NCBI GenBank assembly: GCA_964016885.1 | Contig: OZ024741.1 | Coordinates: forward strand, 16,616,001 to 16,680,000 | DNA: 64,000 nt | Direction: 5' to 3' | Source of the DNA: Eledone cirrhosa | Taxonomy: Eukaryota | Shown: positions 60,803 through 64,000 of the stretch, piece after piece | How positions within the stretch are numbered: position 1 is the stretch's first letter | Layout of the letters: each line of letters opens with the position of its first letter | The notes under the pieces: generated by a model | The model's database searches: none | Seen by the model: the letters and a program-made list of their open reading frames with translations, nothing else | What the model was told of the DNA's origin: nothing | Translations under genes and position numbers: made by a program

Positions 60803-62946
60803 ATGCTGACCAAACTCGACCTTGATATTTCCTTGAAGAACATCCCTATCCCTCCAAGGAAACTATACTTAAAAACACTCATCAGACGTACCGACGAGTT
60901 CATCAAGCGAATTAGATGGAGGGCCTTCTTCCTCGACAACCCCGATGTAGCATCTACCAATAATGAGAAGTTCGGCTTCAAAACGAATAAGACACCACCC
61001 ACCAACAGCCTACTCCAACCATTTGAAGAAGACCTCTTCAAGATGATCAAAGATATTAAATTCCGTAGAGCCACCACACCATTCCAGGCCTACTTAAATG
61101 CCGAATTGCGGAATATAAAAAAATCCCCTAATCTTTATGTCTCCTCCGATAAAACCAAAAACGTTTATGAGGTAGACCCACAGACCTACAATAAGCTGGC
61201 AAAAAATACCATCACGACCACCTACAAAAAGGTAATAGAGAGGGCGCTGACTGAGACAAACGCGGCCGGAAAAGAAATCGCCAAGTCCCTTAAATTACAC
61301 GACCGAACCGAACCTTTAAGGGTAAAGACCCCGCACTTTACCCTGAAGGACCATAAGGGAAACTTCCTCAACAAACCATCAGTCAGACTTATCAACCCCA
61401 CTCGTTCTGACATCGGCTCTATCAGTAAGAAGCTCCTGGATAGAGTTCTACCATCATTGCGGGCTGCCTCACCACTTCCACTCTGGAGCAGAACATCTGA
61501 GGCAATATCATGGTTCCAAAAATTACCCGACAAACACAACACTCGCTTCCTGCAACTCGACATAGAAAACTACTATGCCTCTATCTCGGAGCCTCTCCTG
61601 AAGGACGCAATTAACTTTGCCAGGAATTTTACCACCATTACCGATGCTGAGCAAGTTGTTATCCTCCATGCTCGTAAGACCTTTCTATACCACGATGGAT
61701 CTTACTGGATCAACAAGAAATCTCAGAACCCATTTGACGTTAGCATGGGAGCGAGTGACTCGGCTGAAATTAGCGACCTTGTGGGCCTGTACATCCTACA
61801 TCACCTGAAGAACCTCTTTACCGGCCTAACGGGAGGCTTATACCGAGACGACGGCCTCTTCGCCCTGCACAAGGTTAACCCCAGAACCACCGATGGGTTT
61901 CGGAAAAACTTAAGCTCATTCTTCTCTAATCTAGGATTTAGTATAACTATAGAATCTAATTTGACTAGGGCCAACTTCTTAGATGTCACTCTCGACCTAG
62001 ATACTTCCCTCTATTACCCGTACCACAAACCTAACGAGTCCCTTAAATATATTAATGTTAATTCAAACCACCCCCAAAACATCACTGATAACCTAGTAAA
62101 AAGCGTCTCTATTAGAATATCTGGCCTCTCCGCGAACAAAGATATTTTTAACGCATCTGCCTCCTACTACAATGACGCCCTCGCCCGTAGCGGATTTAAA
62201 GAAAAGATAACATACCTAGAAACCACCGCAAGATTGCAGAGGAGGAATAGACATAGGCAGATTAGCTGGTACAACCCTCCCTTCAATAGAGAGGTCTCTA
62301 CTCCGATAGCTAGGATTTTCTTCACTTTGCTGAAATTACACTTCCCCATACAACATAGGTACCACACCATCTTTAATAAGAACACAATAAGACTCTCCTA
62401 CTCCACCACACCTAACCTAGCTAGGAATATAGCCAACCACAATTCTAAAAAAATAAATAAGCCAACCACCTCCGAACCCAATCCCCGGACTGGGGCTCTG
62501 TGTAATTGCCTAAATAAGGAAGCATGCCCACTTGAAAACAAATGCCTCACAAATGATATCGTATAAAATGCGATGTCATCTCAGGCACCGATGATTGCAA
62601 AAAAACTTACATCGGCATGACCTCCAACAACTTTAAGACCCGTTGGTATGCCCATACCCACTCCTTCAGAAGACCGGACAAATCAAACCAGACAACACTC
62701 ACCTCCTATGTTTGGGACCTCAAAAGGAACTCCACCTCCTTCACGCTTAAATGGAAAATACTCCAGAAAGCGCGTTCTTACAACGGAGGACACAAGGGCT
62801 GCGACCTTTGTATTTCAGAGAGCTACGAAATTTTATTCGCCAAGGGCCCGCTACTGAACAAACTCTCTGAACACTGCCCGAACTGCATGCACAAGAACTT
62901 TGCAACTTTCAAACACTTTAAGCCAGTGTTAAAGCCCGATGGCTAA
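60803..62946 (+). pseudogene. PLE-1 RT + GIY-YIG with a single 1-bp deletion near 62565
   Basis: SLKNIPIP, RIRWRAFF, SDKT, YRDDGL, CNCLNKEACPLENKC. GTATAAAATGC versus GTATACAAATGC in the other copy shifts the frame before the GIY-YIG. Confidence 0.92.
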
Positions 62947-63220
62947 AAACGACCTCCTCCTATTGGCCCCTATACCTCCTTCCCACCCTACCCCCACCCC
63001 TCCTCAACCTGAAATACGGCCACTATGGTTATGTGAGTACCTCTTACCTATCTACATTTTCTGCCTGTAGAGGTGTTTTTATGTGCCTGCGTATATGCGT
63101 ATATTTATTGAGTACTTATTTATTTGTATATATTTGTGTGTATGTGTGTATATGTATGTGTATGTATATGTATGTGTATGTATGTGTATGTGTGCACATG
63201 TGTATATGGGTATGTGTGTG

Positions 63221-63273
<53 letters not shown>

Positions 63274-63438
63274 GTGTGTATGTGTATATATGTATGTGTG
63301 TATATGTATATATATATATATATATGTGTGTATATATATGTATATATATATATGTGTGTATGTATGCGTATGTATGTATGTGTATATATATATATATATG
63401 TATATGTGTATATGTGTGTATATGTGTATATATGTATA

Positions 63439-63469
<31 letters not shown>

Positions 63470-63768
63470 GTGTGTATATGTATATATTTATATATATGTG
63501 TGTGTGTATATATATGTGTGTATATATGTATGTGTGTATGTATGTGTATATATATATGTATATGTATGTGTATATATATATATATATATATATTTATATG
63601 TATGTGTATATATATGTATATATATATGTATATATATATATACATGTATATATATATATACATGTATATATGTGTGTATATGTATATATGTGTATATATG
63701 TATATATATATATATACATGTATATATATATATACATGTATATATGTGTGTATATGTATATATGTGTA

Positions 63769-63817
<49 letters not shown>

Positions 63818-63836
63818 GTGTATGTGTGTATGTATA

Positions 63837-63879
<43 letters not shown>

Positions 63880-63946
63880 ATATGTGTGTGTGTATATATA
63901 TATATATATAGAGAGAGATGTGTGTGTGTATGTGTGTGTGTGTGTA

Positions 63947-63989
<43 letters not shown>

Positions 63990-64000
63990 GTATGTGTATA

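Larger units (their letters stand above)
59931..64000 (+). mobile_element. Penelope-like element, family 1, near full-length with a direct upstream pLTR; 3' UTR runs off the window
   Basis: 60130-60756 is homologous to 16680-17394. ORF follows. The 3' UTR start 62947-63130 matches 14470-14650 (reverse complement). Confidence 0.92.

Noticed and set aside
62560-62570. Programmed frameshift between RT and GIY-YIG in PLE-1
   Set aside because: The sister copy at 14651-16410 is continuous here; this is a 1-bp deletion or a sequencing error.

Overview
Eukaryotic, gene-free, transposon-saturated window. The repeat types and (TA)n abundance resemble a cephalopod (octopus-like) genome, which is inference only. 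Nearly everything is a mobile element inserted into (TA)n-type microsatellite. It holds two almost identical intact RTE LINEs (1039 aa, APE + RT) whose RT carries an internal PHD-type zinc finger, an older copy and a sister family with the same insert, and a different RTE with three C-terminal C2H2 fingers. There are also at least five families of Penelope-like elements (Naiad-like and Penelope/Poseidon-like) carrying about a dozen intact, degenerate or partial hammerhead ribozyme motifs, an IR/DR-type Tc1 (DD34E), a tRNA-derived SINE sharing its tail with the young RTE, a 13-kb AT-only satellite and a 200-N gap. Most notable: (i) the PHD-in-RT LINEs, (ii) Penelope 3' UTRs that carry and spread compound microsatellites, the same substrate all these elements insert into, (iii) near-total + strand co-orientation of elements from 30.8 to 64 kb, and (iv) a hammerhead-bearing 401-bp tandem resembling a retrozyme. 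All alignments and RNA folds were done by eye; no database search was run.
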